From: Candidatus Saccharimonadales bacterium
Lineage (GTDB): Bacteria > Patescibacteriota > Saccharimonadia > Saccharimonadales > UBA10212
Reading direction: 5' to 3'
Assembly (NCBI GenBank): GCA_035717985.1
Contig: DASTHW010000013.1
Span: 7,656 to 71,655 of the forward strand
DNA: 64,000 bases
Part shown: positions 9,150 to 17,887 of the stretch, piece by piece
Numbering within the stretch: position 1 is the first letter of the stretch
Layout: each line of letters begins with the position of its first letter
Program-made: the position numbers and the translations under genes
Notes under the pieces: model-generated
What the model was told of the DNA's origin: nothing
Seen by the model: only the letters and a program-made list of their open reading frames with translations
Databases searched by the model: none

Positions 9150-10673
9150 TTACTTCTTGCCTTTATCGTCTTTTTTATCAGATTTATCCGGCTCGTCACT
9201 GTTCTTTTGTGGCGGCGGGATAACAACGCCTCCGCCCAAATTCATTGGCGGCGGAAACGGCGGCGGGGCCGGCATATCAGGATTGCCAAAGGCCCGCTCA
9301 ACGGCACCTCTGGCATCGTCCTCCGGCGGCTTAACCTCTTTGGAGTGCGTTAAAAAGCCCTCGTCCCGGGAGTGGTTTTCGGCCAGTGGGTCGCTGTCAG
9401 CTTCAGGTGAATCGTTATCTAAAGCGGCCGTAAAGCTATTCCTTGTGCCGCCGGCGTCTAGAAAAGAATGCGGGCCCGGCGGTTCTTCTGTCGGGCCTTC
9501 TTCCGTACCTTCTTCTTCTTGAGTGTTAGTTTTGTCTTCGGCTTCCCTCTCTTGAGCCAGTTCAGCCGGCGGTTCTTCGGGCGTAGGTTTAGACTCGGGC
9601 TCTGGCTTTTCAGGCCTGGGAGCAGGCTCTTCGGATCCGGGAGGCGGTTCTTCGTGGCTTTGCTCAGGCTTAAGCTCCAATTGATCCTCTTTGGGCGGCT
9701 GAGGCAAACTAAGCTGATTGGCGGCGGCTTTAGCCTTCATTAGAGTTCCCTCGGTATCAATCCTTATTTCAGAGGTGTCAACATCTACCTCTTGGCCGTC
9801 TTGGCCGCCGGCGCCGTGATTGACGTTAAGTGTGCCGTCGTTTTTAACTTCCGGTTTTTGATCAAATTTCTCCGGCGGGGCCGTAGGAGCGGCCGGAGGG
9901 GGTGGCGCCGCTGGCCTTGGCGCCGGCGGCTCTAGTTTGCTGACGATTAACTGCTGGTTAGCGCCGGCCGCCATCAGTTGGGCCGACATAGTCATAACCT
10001 TTGGCGAGGTTTTTAGGTTGCTGAAGCGTTTAGTCTCGGCCACAATGCCGGTTAGAAAGGCAGTAGCCATTTGGCTATCCAGCAAACTGGAGCCAAAAGC
10101 CTCACTAATACTGACAATCATCTCTGATAAACTGCTGGCCGTAGGTTCTTTCCAGTTAATTTGGCCCAGCTCCACTGCCTTACCTTCCCCGGCGTTAACC
10201 GATATCACAGCGGCGTCGTGCAAAATTTTGCCGTGGGCTAGAATCGCGGCGTCCAGCTGGCTTTGGCTGATAACACCTAGAGCCAGTACTACGTCGACAT
10301 TAAAATCACCTTGGCTGAACTGCAGATCCTTCTCGCCAATGCTGGTTTTATAAGGAGTTATATAGATTTTTACAAACTGATCTTCAATCTTGTAGCGCAG
10401 TTTGTCGGCCTTGGCCTTATCCAGCGAGATTATAAAATCCTGCAAACTGTCAGTATTGGCTTCGAGAGTTTTTTCGGGTTGCAAAAATTCAATCGTTGAA
10501 GGCACCTTGCCGGAAAAAACAGCTGTAGCGTGTTTGCCCAGCTTATTGAGCAGTAAAGTAGTGCCGATACAGGCCGCCAGCTGGTCGACCGACGGGTCTT
10601 TACTGACCGTCACTAAAATATCGGCGGCTTGTTTTAGCCTTTCTACGACCTGTTGCTTAGCCTGGGCTTCCAT
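9150..10673 (-). CDS. DHH-family-like protein with degenerate catalytic motifs and Pro/Glu-rich tail
   Basis: ASSLSE, ATAFLTGIVAET.RF motifs of DHH/NrnA fold; no DHH triad; start reassigned to ATG 10673. Confidence 0.7.
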   Translation of the reverse strand: MEAQAKQQVVERLKQAADILVTVSKDPSVDQLAACIGTTLLLNKLGKHATAVFSGKVPSTIEFLQPEKTLEANTDSLQDFIISLDKAKADKLRYKIEDQFVKIYITPYKTSIGEKDLQFSQGDFNVDVVLALGVISQSQLDAAILAHGKILHDAAVISVNAGEGKAVELGQINWKEPTASSLSEMIVSISEAFGSSLLDSQMATAFLTGIVAETKRFSNLKTSPKVMTMSAQLMAAGANQQLIVSKLEPPAPRPAAPPPPAAPTAPPEKFDQKPEVKNDGTLNVNHGAGGQDGQEVDVDTSEIRIDTEGTLMKAKAAANQLSLPQPPKEDQLELKPEQSHEEPPPGSEEPAPRPEKPEPESKPTPEEPPAELAQEREAEDKTNTQEEEGTEEGPTEEPPGPHSFLDAGGTRNSFTAALDNDSPEADSDPLAENHSRDEGFLTHSKEVKPPEDDARGAVERAFGNPDMPAPPPFPPPMNLGGGVVIPPPQKNSDEPDKSDKKDDKGKK

Positions 10674-10832
10674 TTTTGTTTTATTTGGTTTTAGTTTTAG
10701 GCTTCTTATTTGACAGATTAGCACTACTGTTGACAAAGCGCAAGCTTTTTAGGTAATAGCTTGCTTTACAAAAAACGGGCGGCTAGGGTACAATCTGTCC
10801 CTAGTATTTAAAGTGTTAATTTAAGGATAAAC

Positions 10833-11195
10833 ATGCCGATAATCAAATCCGCTCGTAAGCGTGTAAAGACAGCCGCCAAGGCTAACCAGCGAAATTATAA
10901 AACTAAGCGCTCTATGCGTGAGGCCGTTAAGGCTTTCACTAAGGCCTTAAGCGGCGGCAATGCAAAGACAATTGGCGAGGCTGAACGAGCCGCCGTTAGC
11001 GCCATTGACCTGGCCGCCAAAAAAGCTGTTATCCATAAAAATAAAGCCGCGCGGGAAAAAGCTCGCTTGTCGGCACGGGCCAAAGCCGCCGGTGCTAAAC
11101 CCCTAAAACAAACCGCCAAGCCAGCGGCTAAGAAACCGGTAGCCAAGAAGTCTAGTGCCAAAAAGCCAGCCGCCAAAAAACCGGCTAAAAAATAA
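10833..11195 (+). CDS. rpsT: 30S ribosomal protein S20 with Lys/Ala/Pro-rich tail
   Basis: MPIIKSARKR, IHKNKAAR; PAAKK repeats at C-terminus. Confidence 0.95.
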   Translation: MPIIKSARKRVKTAAKANQRNYKTKRSMREAVKAFTKALSGGNAKTIGEAERAAVSAIDLAAKKAVIHKNKAAREKARLSARAKAAGAKPLKQTAKPAAKKPVAKKSSAKKPAAKKPAKK

Positions 11196-11215
11196 TCTTT
11201 TGCTAGCTTAATAAA

Positions 11216-11244
11216 TTGCAATTTAGATAGTTTTATGTTATAGT
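11216..11244 (+). promoter_or_regulatory. sigma70-type promoter of GC-rich cassette 1
   Basis: TTGCAA-17 bp-TATAGT with TGn extended -10. Confidence 0.6.
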
Positions 11245-11341
11245 TATTCAGCTCCGGTTGAAGGTGTTTTTGTCGGTTTTAACCTGCAAAATCTCTACTT
11301 CCCGGAGAGACGCCCGTAGCCACCTATTGAAGGGGTAACCC

Positions 11342-11638
11342 GTGCATCAAACCTGCCTTCACGGCGAAGAACCCTGCTGGGGCCACGCTGAGCCTGAGTG
11401 GGGAGCGGTTCCTGTTCCTGGGGCCGCCGGCCGCCTGAGCCGCCTAACCAAGCGGGCATTCGTGCCCCTGGTTCTGGCTCTCACAGCGGCCTACTGCGTG
11501 CACAAGACGCTGGCGGCCACGCCGGGTGTCAGTGCCGAGCGCTGGGACAACCTGCTCTGGCTGAACCTGGTGATCCTCACCTTCTCGGTGATCCTGAGGA
11601 TTCCCAAGCCGGCAAGAAGCCGCCGGAGACGGCTATAG
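11342..11638 (+). CDS. GC-rich orphan membrane protein (cassette 1)
   Basis: RBS GAAGGGG before GTG, two hydrophobic segments, Arg-rich C-terminus, G/C-ending codons, terminator directly after. Confidence 0.6.
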   Translation: MHQTCLHGEEPCWGHAEPEWGAVPVPGAAGRLSRLTKRAFVPLVLALTAAYCVHKTLAATPGVSAERWDNLLWLNLVILTFSVILRIPKPARSRRRRL

Positions 11639-11648
11639 CTGGATCCCT

Positions 11649-11694
11649 GGGTTCCGTCGCTCTCGACAGAGAGCGGCGGGACCCTGTTTTATTT
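11649..11694 (+). terminator. intrinsic terminator
   Basis: 16-bp stem GGGTTCCGTCGCTCTC-GACA-GAGAGCGGCGGGACCC (with G-U pairs) then TGTTTTATTT. Confidence 0.8.
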
Positions 11695-12606
11695 AAGACC
11701 GACAATTAAGTTTTTTAAGGCTTCGTCCAAGTCGACAGCGTAAACCTTAGATTTATAGTCTGCTTCGGCGGCCAAACCTATGATTTGTTTTAGCTTAGCG
11801 GCCTCTAGCTTGCCGGCTAGGCTTTTAGCTTTATTTAAGGGGTAAGGGTTAAGTTTTGCCTCGCTGGCAATTTGGCCGGCCGGCCGGCCTCCGGCTGACT
11901 TTGCTATAGCAATAAGCTGTAACTGCCAGACAATAAGGGCCAAGATGGCCTGCGGCTCTACCTTTTGGGCTCTTTGCTCTTCGTAGAGGGTTAGCGCCTT
12001 TTTTTGGTTACCGCTGAACATGGCATCTAATAGATCAAATATTCTGCTTTGCGGTCTTTTCTCTGTTAGTAAATCAATGGATTCTTTAGTGATAGTTCTG
12101 TTATGAAGAACCAGTTTCTCCAGTTCGCTGATAAGCAGTGTCTGGCTGACACCCACTCTATCGACTAAATATCTGGCGGTGCCTAGATCCAGTTTGGCGC
12201 CAAGGCTTTCTGCCTCGGCGGTCAGCCATTTAGGTAGAAGCTCCTGCGGCAATTCGTTAAATTCTTCGAGTCTAGTTTTACTTTTCAGCACCTTGAAATA
12301 AGCCGTACGTTTATCAGGACTAGACTCTAATATTATTAAATCTACCTCTGTTGGAATTGAACTAATTATTTGTTCAATTTTATCTGTGGCCCAACTGTTA
12401 GTGCCGAGCCCGCGCAGTATAACCAGCTTGGCGCTGGTCAGAAAAGGTAGGTTAGAAATTGACGATAAAATGATGTCCGGCTCGGCACCCTCGGCGTCAA
12501 TCCGCTCGATACTCAACTCTCCATGCTGGGCGGTAAACCTTTCGACCAGCTCGTCTAGGCGGCGTTTTAAGTTAGTGTTGTTAGGGCCCGTTAAGCTGAT
12601 TATCAT
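11689..12606 (-). CDS. holA: DNA polymerase III delta subunit
   Basis: NLPFLT.KLVIL, ELEKL, IFDLLDA; ATG at 12606 overlaps mutM stop (ATGA). Confidence 0.88.
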   Translation of the reverse strand: MIISLTGPNNTNLKRRLDELVERFTAQHGELSIERIDAEGAEPDIILSSISNLPFLTSAKLVILRGLGTNSWATDKIEQIISSIPTEVDLIILESSPDKRTAYFKVLKSKTRLEEFNELPQELLPKWLTAEAESLGAKLDLGTARYLVDRVGVSQTLLISELEKLVLHNRTITKESIDLLTEKRPQSRIFDLLDAMFSGNQKKALTLYEEQRAQKVEPQAILALIVWQLQLIAIAKSAGGRPAGQIASEAKLNPYPLNKAKSLAGKLEAAKLKQIIGLAAEADYKSKVYAVDLDEALKNLIVGLK

Positions 12607-13484
12607 TTCGGACTCCTGGGTAGTTTCTGGCAGTGGGGACAAAAATGAGTGCCCCGCCCGGCTACCCTAATTTTCTCAATCGGTGTGCCACAGCGTGGGC
12701 ACGGTTGACCTTGACGGCGAAAAACCTTAGCAAAGCTAAGATAGCTACCTTTCTTGCCTTGACTATCTACATAATTTCGGTCGGTACTGCCGCCTTTTTT
12801 AATACTGAGATTTAAGATTTCCCTTAAAGATTGGTACAGCTTAATCAGCTTAGCATTTGAGACGGTTGAGACCGGCCCAGCCGGATGAATTTTAGCCGCC
12901 CATAGCGACTCGTCGGCATAAATATTGCCAACTCCGGCGATTACGGTTTGATCTAGCAGAGCCGCCTTAATAGAGCTATTTTTTCGCCTTTGCAGGCGAT
13001 CTATAAAATCAGCTGGTTTAAAGCCTGCCTCCAGTGGTTCGGGGCCGACTTTTTTGAAAAAATCAATCTCGGGTATTTCGATGGTTGGCATTAGGCGCAT
13101 CCAGCCAAATTTACGCTGATCGTTAAAAAATAATTTACTGGCGCCAGCAAAGTCGATAATTACTCGAGTAGCTTTGGCCGGCAGGCTAGCAATTAGGTCG
13201 GCACTGGGGTGGCCGGCCCCAAAACGCTCTTGGCCGACAAAAACCAGCTGGCCGGTCATCTTAAGGTGAACTAATAAGGAATACTTGGTATTTAAATCAA
13301 TAATTAGAACTTTAGCCCGCCGCCGCACACCGAGGACTTTAGCGCCTACCATAAAACGCTCAACATCAGCGGGGGCGTTAGGAAAAGATTTGGGCCAGTC
13401 GTGCTGGACATTTGTAATGACCAATCCGGGCAGTAACTTAGATAGCCCCAGTTTAATTGTCTCGACCTCTGGCAATTCCGGCAT
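12603..13484 (-). CDS. mutM: formamidopyrimidine-DNA glycosylase
   Basis: MPELPEVE, HLKMTG, GVGNIYADE, C-terminal CPRC..CPHCQ zinc finger. Confidence 0.97.
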   Translation of the reverse strand: MPELPEVETIKLGLSKLLPGLVITNVQHDWPKSFPNAPADVERFMVGAKVLGVRRRAKVLIIDLNTKYSLLVHLKMTGQLVFVGQERFGAGHPSADLIASLPAKATRVIIDFAGASKLFFNDQRKFGWMRLMPTIEIPEIDFFKKVGPEPLEAGFKPADFIDRLQRRKNSSIKAALLDQTVIAGVGNIYADESLWAAKIHPAGPVSTVSNAKLIKLYQSLREILNLSIKKGGSTDRNYVDSQGKKGSYLSFAKVFRRQGQPCPRCGTPIEKIRVAGRGTHFCPHCQKLPRSPK

Positions 13485-13526
13485 GGCTAAATTATACAGC
13501 CGCCGGCAAGTTATACTTGATGTGAT

Positions 13527-13769
13527 ATGGACAGCCTGCAGGATATCTTAAGCCAGAAAGACTTTTCCCCGCCTGACGAGATCAAGTCTCTGCGGGATTA
13601 CGTTAAGCGCAAATATAAGAGTAATTCATACATAAAACTAGAGCGTGAGGCTGTTATTTTAAGTGTGCCAAGCTCAGCCCTGGCCGCCACTCTACAGCTA
13701 GAAAGAACCGCTATAGCCGAGGCCTGCGGGCTGACAAAAAAACTAGTTATCCGCTTTGGCAGACAATAG
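13527..13769 (+). CDS. hypothetical protein, possibly DciA/DUF721-like
   Basis: 80-aa ORF divergent from mutM; LSVPSSALAATLQL resembles DUF721 core (recollection only). Confidence 0.5.
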   Translation: MDSLQDILSQKDFSPPDEIKSLRDYVKRKYKSNSYIKLEREAVILSVPSSALAATLQLERTAIAEACGLTKKLVIRFGRQ

Positions 13770-14315
13770 CCGGGCCAGCTCGGCCTTCATTTGACCAAAG
13801 TTTCGATACAAAATAGTGTTCATACCAATTTGTTGAGCCGATGTAATGTGCTTCATGGAATCGTCAATAAATACACACTCCTCGGGCTCAACGGCCAATT
13901 TTTGCAGAGCTAGTTGATATATTTTAAGGTCCGGTTTGATGACGCCGACATCTGATGAAATGATAATGGCATCCATATATTGACTGATGTTGGTATCACG
14001 GGTTAGGCGCTCAATAGTTTCGCGGCTGGCATTGGTAATTAGGCCGGTTTTATAACGGACATGTAGCTTCTCAATAAACGCCAGTAGCTGGGGGTTAAGC
14101 TTTTGCGATTCATAGCCGGCTAACAGCTCAGGCACGGATTTGCCGGTTTTACTAGACAACCGGTTAACGAAGTCTGCCCAGCTGATTTTGCCTAAATTAA
14201 CAGCTTCCGATAAAGGTAGAAAGTCCCCACTAATCTCATCGGCAGATTTAATAAAATCCCAATATTCGTCAGAGCAAATGACGCCAAAGAAATCAAAAAT
14301 AACGGCTTTAACCAC
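13743..14315 (-). CDS. HAD-family phosphatase
   Basis: VIFDFFGV, ITNA, KPD..IY, FIDD; start reassigned to GTG 14315. Confidence 0.88.
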   Translation of the reverse strand: MVKAVIFDFFGVICSDEYWDFIKSADEISGDFLPLSEAVNLGKISWADFVNRLSSKTGKSVPELLAGYESQKLNPQLLAFIEKLHVRYKTGLITNASRETIERLTRDTNISQYMDAIIISSDVGVIKPDLKIYQLALQKLAVEPEECVFIDDSMKHITSAQQIGMNTILYRNFGQMKAELARLLSAKADN

Positions 14316-14346
14316 CCCTTTATTGTGGCACAGCATGGCCGAGTGT

Positions 14347-15780
14347 TTAGTAAGTTTTCTTTTGGCGGGCCAGTGCCCGGCGCAGGGATCTATTTAAAGC
14401 GACGCCACCAATACTAACCGGTTGGTTGGCCCGGCGGGCCGCCTGCCTGGCCTCAACTTTTGAAGTCTCTAGCTGGGCCTTAAGGTCGGCATATTCGGCC
14501 TTAACACTTTCCAGCAGGTATTTTTCAACTGGCGCAATGCCCTCGGTAAAACCACCCCGCTCTACGGCCGTCAGTAAAAACTGCTTATAATGACGGAGCT
14601 TAGCCTCCAGGCTACGGGGGTTAATGTCCTGAAAATTGCGCTCGAAAATAGTTTTGATTTCTGGGTGATAGTCTTTAGAAAATTTAGGATTGGGTTTGGA
14701 CTTAAGCTGAACTGGATAGCCGAGTTCACCGCGCTGATAGTCGGTTCTATGGATTATAAAATCATAGCCGCGCCGAAGAGATGGAAAGCCAACCTTGGGC
14801 GCGTCGTGAGCCGAGATTGCCGGCGTAACGGCGATATTTTGATCATTCTCAGCCTGAAGTAGCAGATTAAAGTCAAAATACCACATCAGCTCGTGCAAAA
14901 GGCCAGCTAGCCCTGGTTCGCCTTTAAAACGCCGCTGAAGGGAGTTTTGGCCGCTGAACTTCAAAGCAGTGGCAAACAAAATCTCTAAACTTGTTAGCTG
15001 ATACGCCCGGTCAGCCAGGTTTTCCGGGCGGCTTCTAGAATTTAGCTGAAGGCTGGCTATGAAAATGGCGCATTTAACCTTGACTGACTCTAGCTCAAAA
15101 TTTTCACTGGTTGAGTCTAGCTCCACAGCCCGCTGGTGGATGAGCCCGCAGACTTGGCTGGCTGTAGATATCAGATAGCGCTTACGTGGTGTCAGCTCGT
15201 TTTGCATAGTATTGATGGTCTTGCCGAGCTGAGCAAAAGATAGCCGATCGATATTATCACGCACAAAGTCGGATGTATTTTCGTTAAAGCTGGCGGCCAT
15301 AGTTAGCATTTCGGCGCCGGCTAAGGCCGTACTTAACTGCTCAGCCGGGATTGACTCTGCGCCTCCGGTGGCCAAACAGTAGGCCAGTGTATCCTCGGCT
15401 GTTAGGTCTTTGCCTGCTTCGCGGCTAAGAGCCGCCAAGGGGGCGTCTGGTTGACTGGCAAAAATGTCGGGCCGCAGGATTCTAGCTAGGGTGTTAACGC
15501 CGGCCAGCTCATAGGCTTGGCTCTGGCGGTGTTCACCGTCGATATATTCCATATACTGGATTCCGGCCCGTTCACCCGCGAGCAGTGCCCTATATTCCTC
15601 CTGGGTGGAGCTTTCAAACATCGGATCCTGGGCATAAAACCAGGCCAAGGTATCTTCCAGGCTGGGCCGCAGGGCGGCTAGGTCGGCAAGGTCTAGCTGG
15701 GCACTCCTGCCAGCCGAAGTTACCCGCTCAAAGTCACTCTGGATTAAATTAGCCTGCTCTTTATCAACAATTTTTGCCAT
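14347..15780 (-). CDS. hypothetical protein with PD-(D/E)XK-like motif
   Basis: 477-aa ORF; GYDFII...PVQLKSK. Confidence 0.65.
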   Translation of the reverse strand: MAKIVDKEQANLIQSDFERVTSAGRSAQLDLADLAALRPSLEDTLAWFYAQDPMFESSTQEEYRALLAGERAGIQYMEYIDGEHRQSQAYELAGVNTLARILRPDIFASQPDAPLAALSREAGKDLTAEDTLAYCLATGGAESIPAEQLSTALAGAEMLTMAASFNENTSDFVRDNIDRLSFAQLGKTINTMQNELTPRKRYLISTASQVCGLIHQRAVELDSTSENFELESVKVKCAIFIASLQLNSRSRPENLADRAYQLTSLEILFATALKFSGQNSLQRRFKGEPGLAGLLHELMWYFDFNLLLQAENDQNIAVTPAISAHDAPKVGFPSLRRGYDFIIHRTDYQRGELGYPVQLKSKPNPKFSKDYHPEIKTIFERNFQDINPRSLEAKLRHYKQFLLTAVERGGFTEGIAPVEKYLLESVKAEYADLKAQLETSKVEARQAARRANQPVSIGGVALNRSLRRALARQKKTY

Positions 15781-15797
15781 AGAACTGCCTTTAAAAA

Positions 15798-16358
15798 TTA
15801 AAGGGCGACGTTTTCAGTTAGAGTCTCGTAATTAGTAATTTGTTTTTCAAATAAATCAGTCACCTGGGCGGCATTACCGTTAAAGTTACCCAGCGAGCCA
15901 GGACAGTTAGTACTCCAAAGGTTAACCAAACTGTTGCCGTTTTGATTTAGCTGATAAACATAGCGTAGGCCGTCCGGGCACTGGCCCATTGGATCGGCGT
16001 TAGCACTAGTTGGTTTTTTGGCGGATGTAAAACTGGATAAGTCCAGCGCCCGCAAAAAGACGCGGTAGGCGTCGGGAGTATTGTAGGTAACGTTGGCGCT
16101 TAAAACATGCCCGCTATAACCCTGGATAATATCCAGCTCGCGGCTGTCTTTATCAACGGTTATCTTAATCACACGGTGGGCGTCATCGCCGTTAATCTGG
16201 CCGTTAATGGTCAGACTGACGCTAGCATCGGTGTTAGCATACTGGGTTAGAGGTAAAATGGTCGGGCCTTTGGGCGTCTTTTTACCGCCGCCGCCAAATA
16301 TTAAGACGCCAATTAAGACAATAAATACGATAGCTAGTAAACCTATAAAATACCGCAT
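15798..16358 (-). CDS. membrane-anchored/exported hypothetical protein
   Basis: N-terminal hydrophobic segment, Cys pair (QCPDG, WSTNC). Confidence 0.75.
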   Translation of the reverse strand: MRYFIGLLAIVFIVLIGVLIFGGGGKKTPKGPTILPLTQYANTDASVSLTINGQINGDDAHRVIKITVDKDSRELDIIQGYSGHVLSANVTYNTPDAYRVFLRALDLSSFTSAKKPTSANADPMGQCPDGLRYVYQLNQNGNSLVNLWSTNCPGSLGNFNGNAAQVTDLFEKQITNYETLTENVAL

Positions 16359-16410
16359 AAACTTCCTTACCTGCTATACGATAACATAAATTTGATTTAA
16401 TTGCAAGACT

Positions 16411-17088
16411 CTAGGCGGCTAGCGGGGTAATCACCTGGTTATCGGGCCCGGTAAGCTCAATATCACCTTCTAAAGACATCAGCTTGGCCGTTTTTCGGAC
16501 TTTAGTTGGTGAAATATCTAAAAGTGCGGCAAAACCATCAACCAAGCCAACATCACTGCGATGGCTCACCAGCCAGTTGTGCGGTTGCTTGCGGCCGTAG
16601 TCGAGCATAAACCTTATAACTCCGCGGCGGCCCCTATAAGTCTGTCCGGCCTCAGCTAGAGCCGGCGTATTACCCAGCTTCGACTGCAAAACGTAAGACC
16701 GGATCATAATGGCTTCACGGACCGCCTGACAGGTAAACAACAGTTCCTCACTGAGAGCCGATTCGCCTTCCTCGGCTACGTGGTCACAGACTATTTGGTG
16801 ATGGTCAGTTTGACCAGTTTGGTCGCATATCCGGCACCAGGCTACCGTATGCTCGCCGCCTGCTAAGGGTATTTGGTAAGATTCTTTGACTACAACCACC
16901 CTACCCAGCTCAAAGCTGGTACGAGCAAATTCTTCAATCGCCGGGCTGGATGGAGTTTTATCTAATTTAAGAGCGGCGTCTAAAGAGCTTTGGGGGAAAT
17001 ATAGCTGGCCATCTTGTATCGCTGGAACTTCATATAGCTCCCGCTCATTAAACCTAGGCAGGTCGCGCAGTGTTTCATCGTAAGCCAT
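16411..17088 (-). CDS. hypothetical protein with CxxC..C.H motif and possible C-terminal winged helix
   Basis: CRIC...CDH; FAALLDISPTKVRKTAKLMSLEGDI. Confidence 0.65.
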   Translation of the reverse strand: MAYDETLRDLPRFNERELYEVPAIQDGQLYFPQSSLDAALKLDKTPSSPAIEEFARTSFELGRVVVVKESYQIPLAGGEHTVAWCRICDQTGQTDHHQIVCDHVAEEGESALSEELLFTCQAVREAIMIRSYVLQSKLGNTPALAEAGQTYRGRRGVIRFMLDYGRKQPHNWLVSHRSDVGLVDGFAALLDISPTKVRKTAKLMSLEGDIELTGPDNQVITPLAA

Positions 17089-17146
17089 CGTTTTTTATGC
17101 CCCAAAAGTTAAGACAATTATAACAAAGCCTTGTTAAGATAAGGCC

Positions 17147-17878
17147 ATGAACGGTGAGGTCACCGCCCTTAGCAAACTAAAGCTGGAAGCTAATGCTGGC
17201 GGTAAAGCTTTGGCGCTAGCCAGACTAATCCAGGCCGGTTTTAACGTACCGGCCGGTTTTATCGTCAACGGCGACCCTAAGGACCCCAACCTGAGGCAGG
17301 ACATTTTAGAGCATTTTGACAAGTTAAAGACCAGCCGAGTGGCGGTCCGCTCCAGCGCCGCGAGCGAGGATGGTGCCCGTGACGCCTGGGCTGGCCAACT
17401 GGATAGTTATCTCAATGTGAGCCGTGAGGAACTTATCGAAAAAATTGCTTTATGCCAAAAATTGGCCGGCTCTGAAAGAGCCAAATCTTATGCTAAGCAA
17501 AAAGGCCTGAGGGCCGGCCATATAAGCGTAATTGTCCAAAAAATGATTACTAGTGCCACCGCCGGAGTAGCCTTTTCAATCCATCCCGTATCCGGCCAAA
17601 CCGGCCAGATGGTTATCGAAGCCGTAGCCGGCCTGGGCGAAAAGCTGGTTGCCGGTTCGATTACCCCAGACACATATGTGATTGATAAAAAATCAGCTAA
17701 AACGATAGAGGCTCATACTGCCGGCCGGCCGGTTCTAACTGATGAAATGCTAACAAATTTAAGCCAAACTATTAAAAAAGTTGAGGTCTTTTTTGGGCAC
17801 CCGGTGGATGTGGAGTGGGCTATCTCGGACGGCCGGCTGTATATTTTACAAAGCCGGCCAATAACGGCTATAGGCTAA
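17147..17878 (+). CDS. stand-alone PEP/pyruvate-binding (ATP-grasp) dikinase domain
   Basis: GGKA, VPAGF, VAVRSSA..ED, AGQ, GLGE.LV.G, DVEWA, ILQSRPIT. Confidence 0.9.
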   Translation: MNGEVTALSKLKLEANAGGKALALARLIQAGFNVPAGFIVNGDPKDPNLRQDILEHFDKLKTSRVAVRSSAASEDGARDAWAGQLDSYLNVSREELIEKIALCQKLAGSERAKSYAKQKGLRAGHISVIVQKMITSATAGVAFSIHPVSGQTGQMVIEAVAGLGEKLVAGSITPDTYVIDKKSAKTIEAHTAGRPVLTDEMLTNLSQTIKKVEVFFGHPVDVEWAISDGRLYILQSRPITAIG

Positions 17879-17887
17879 AATTAACTT

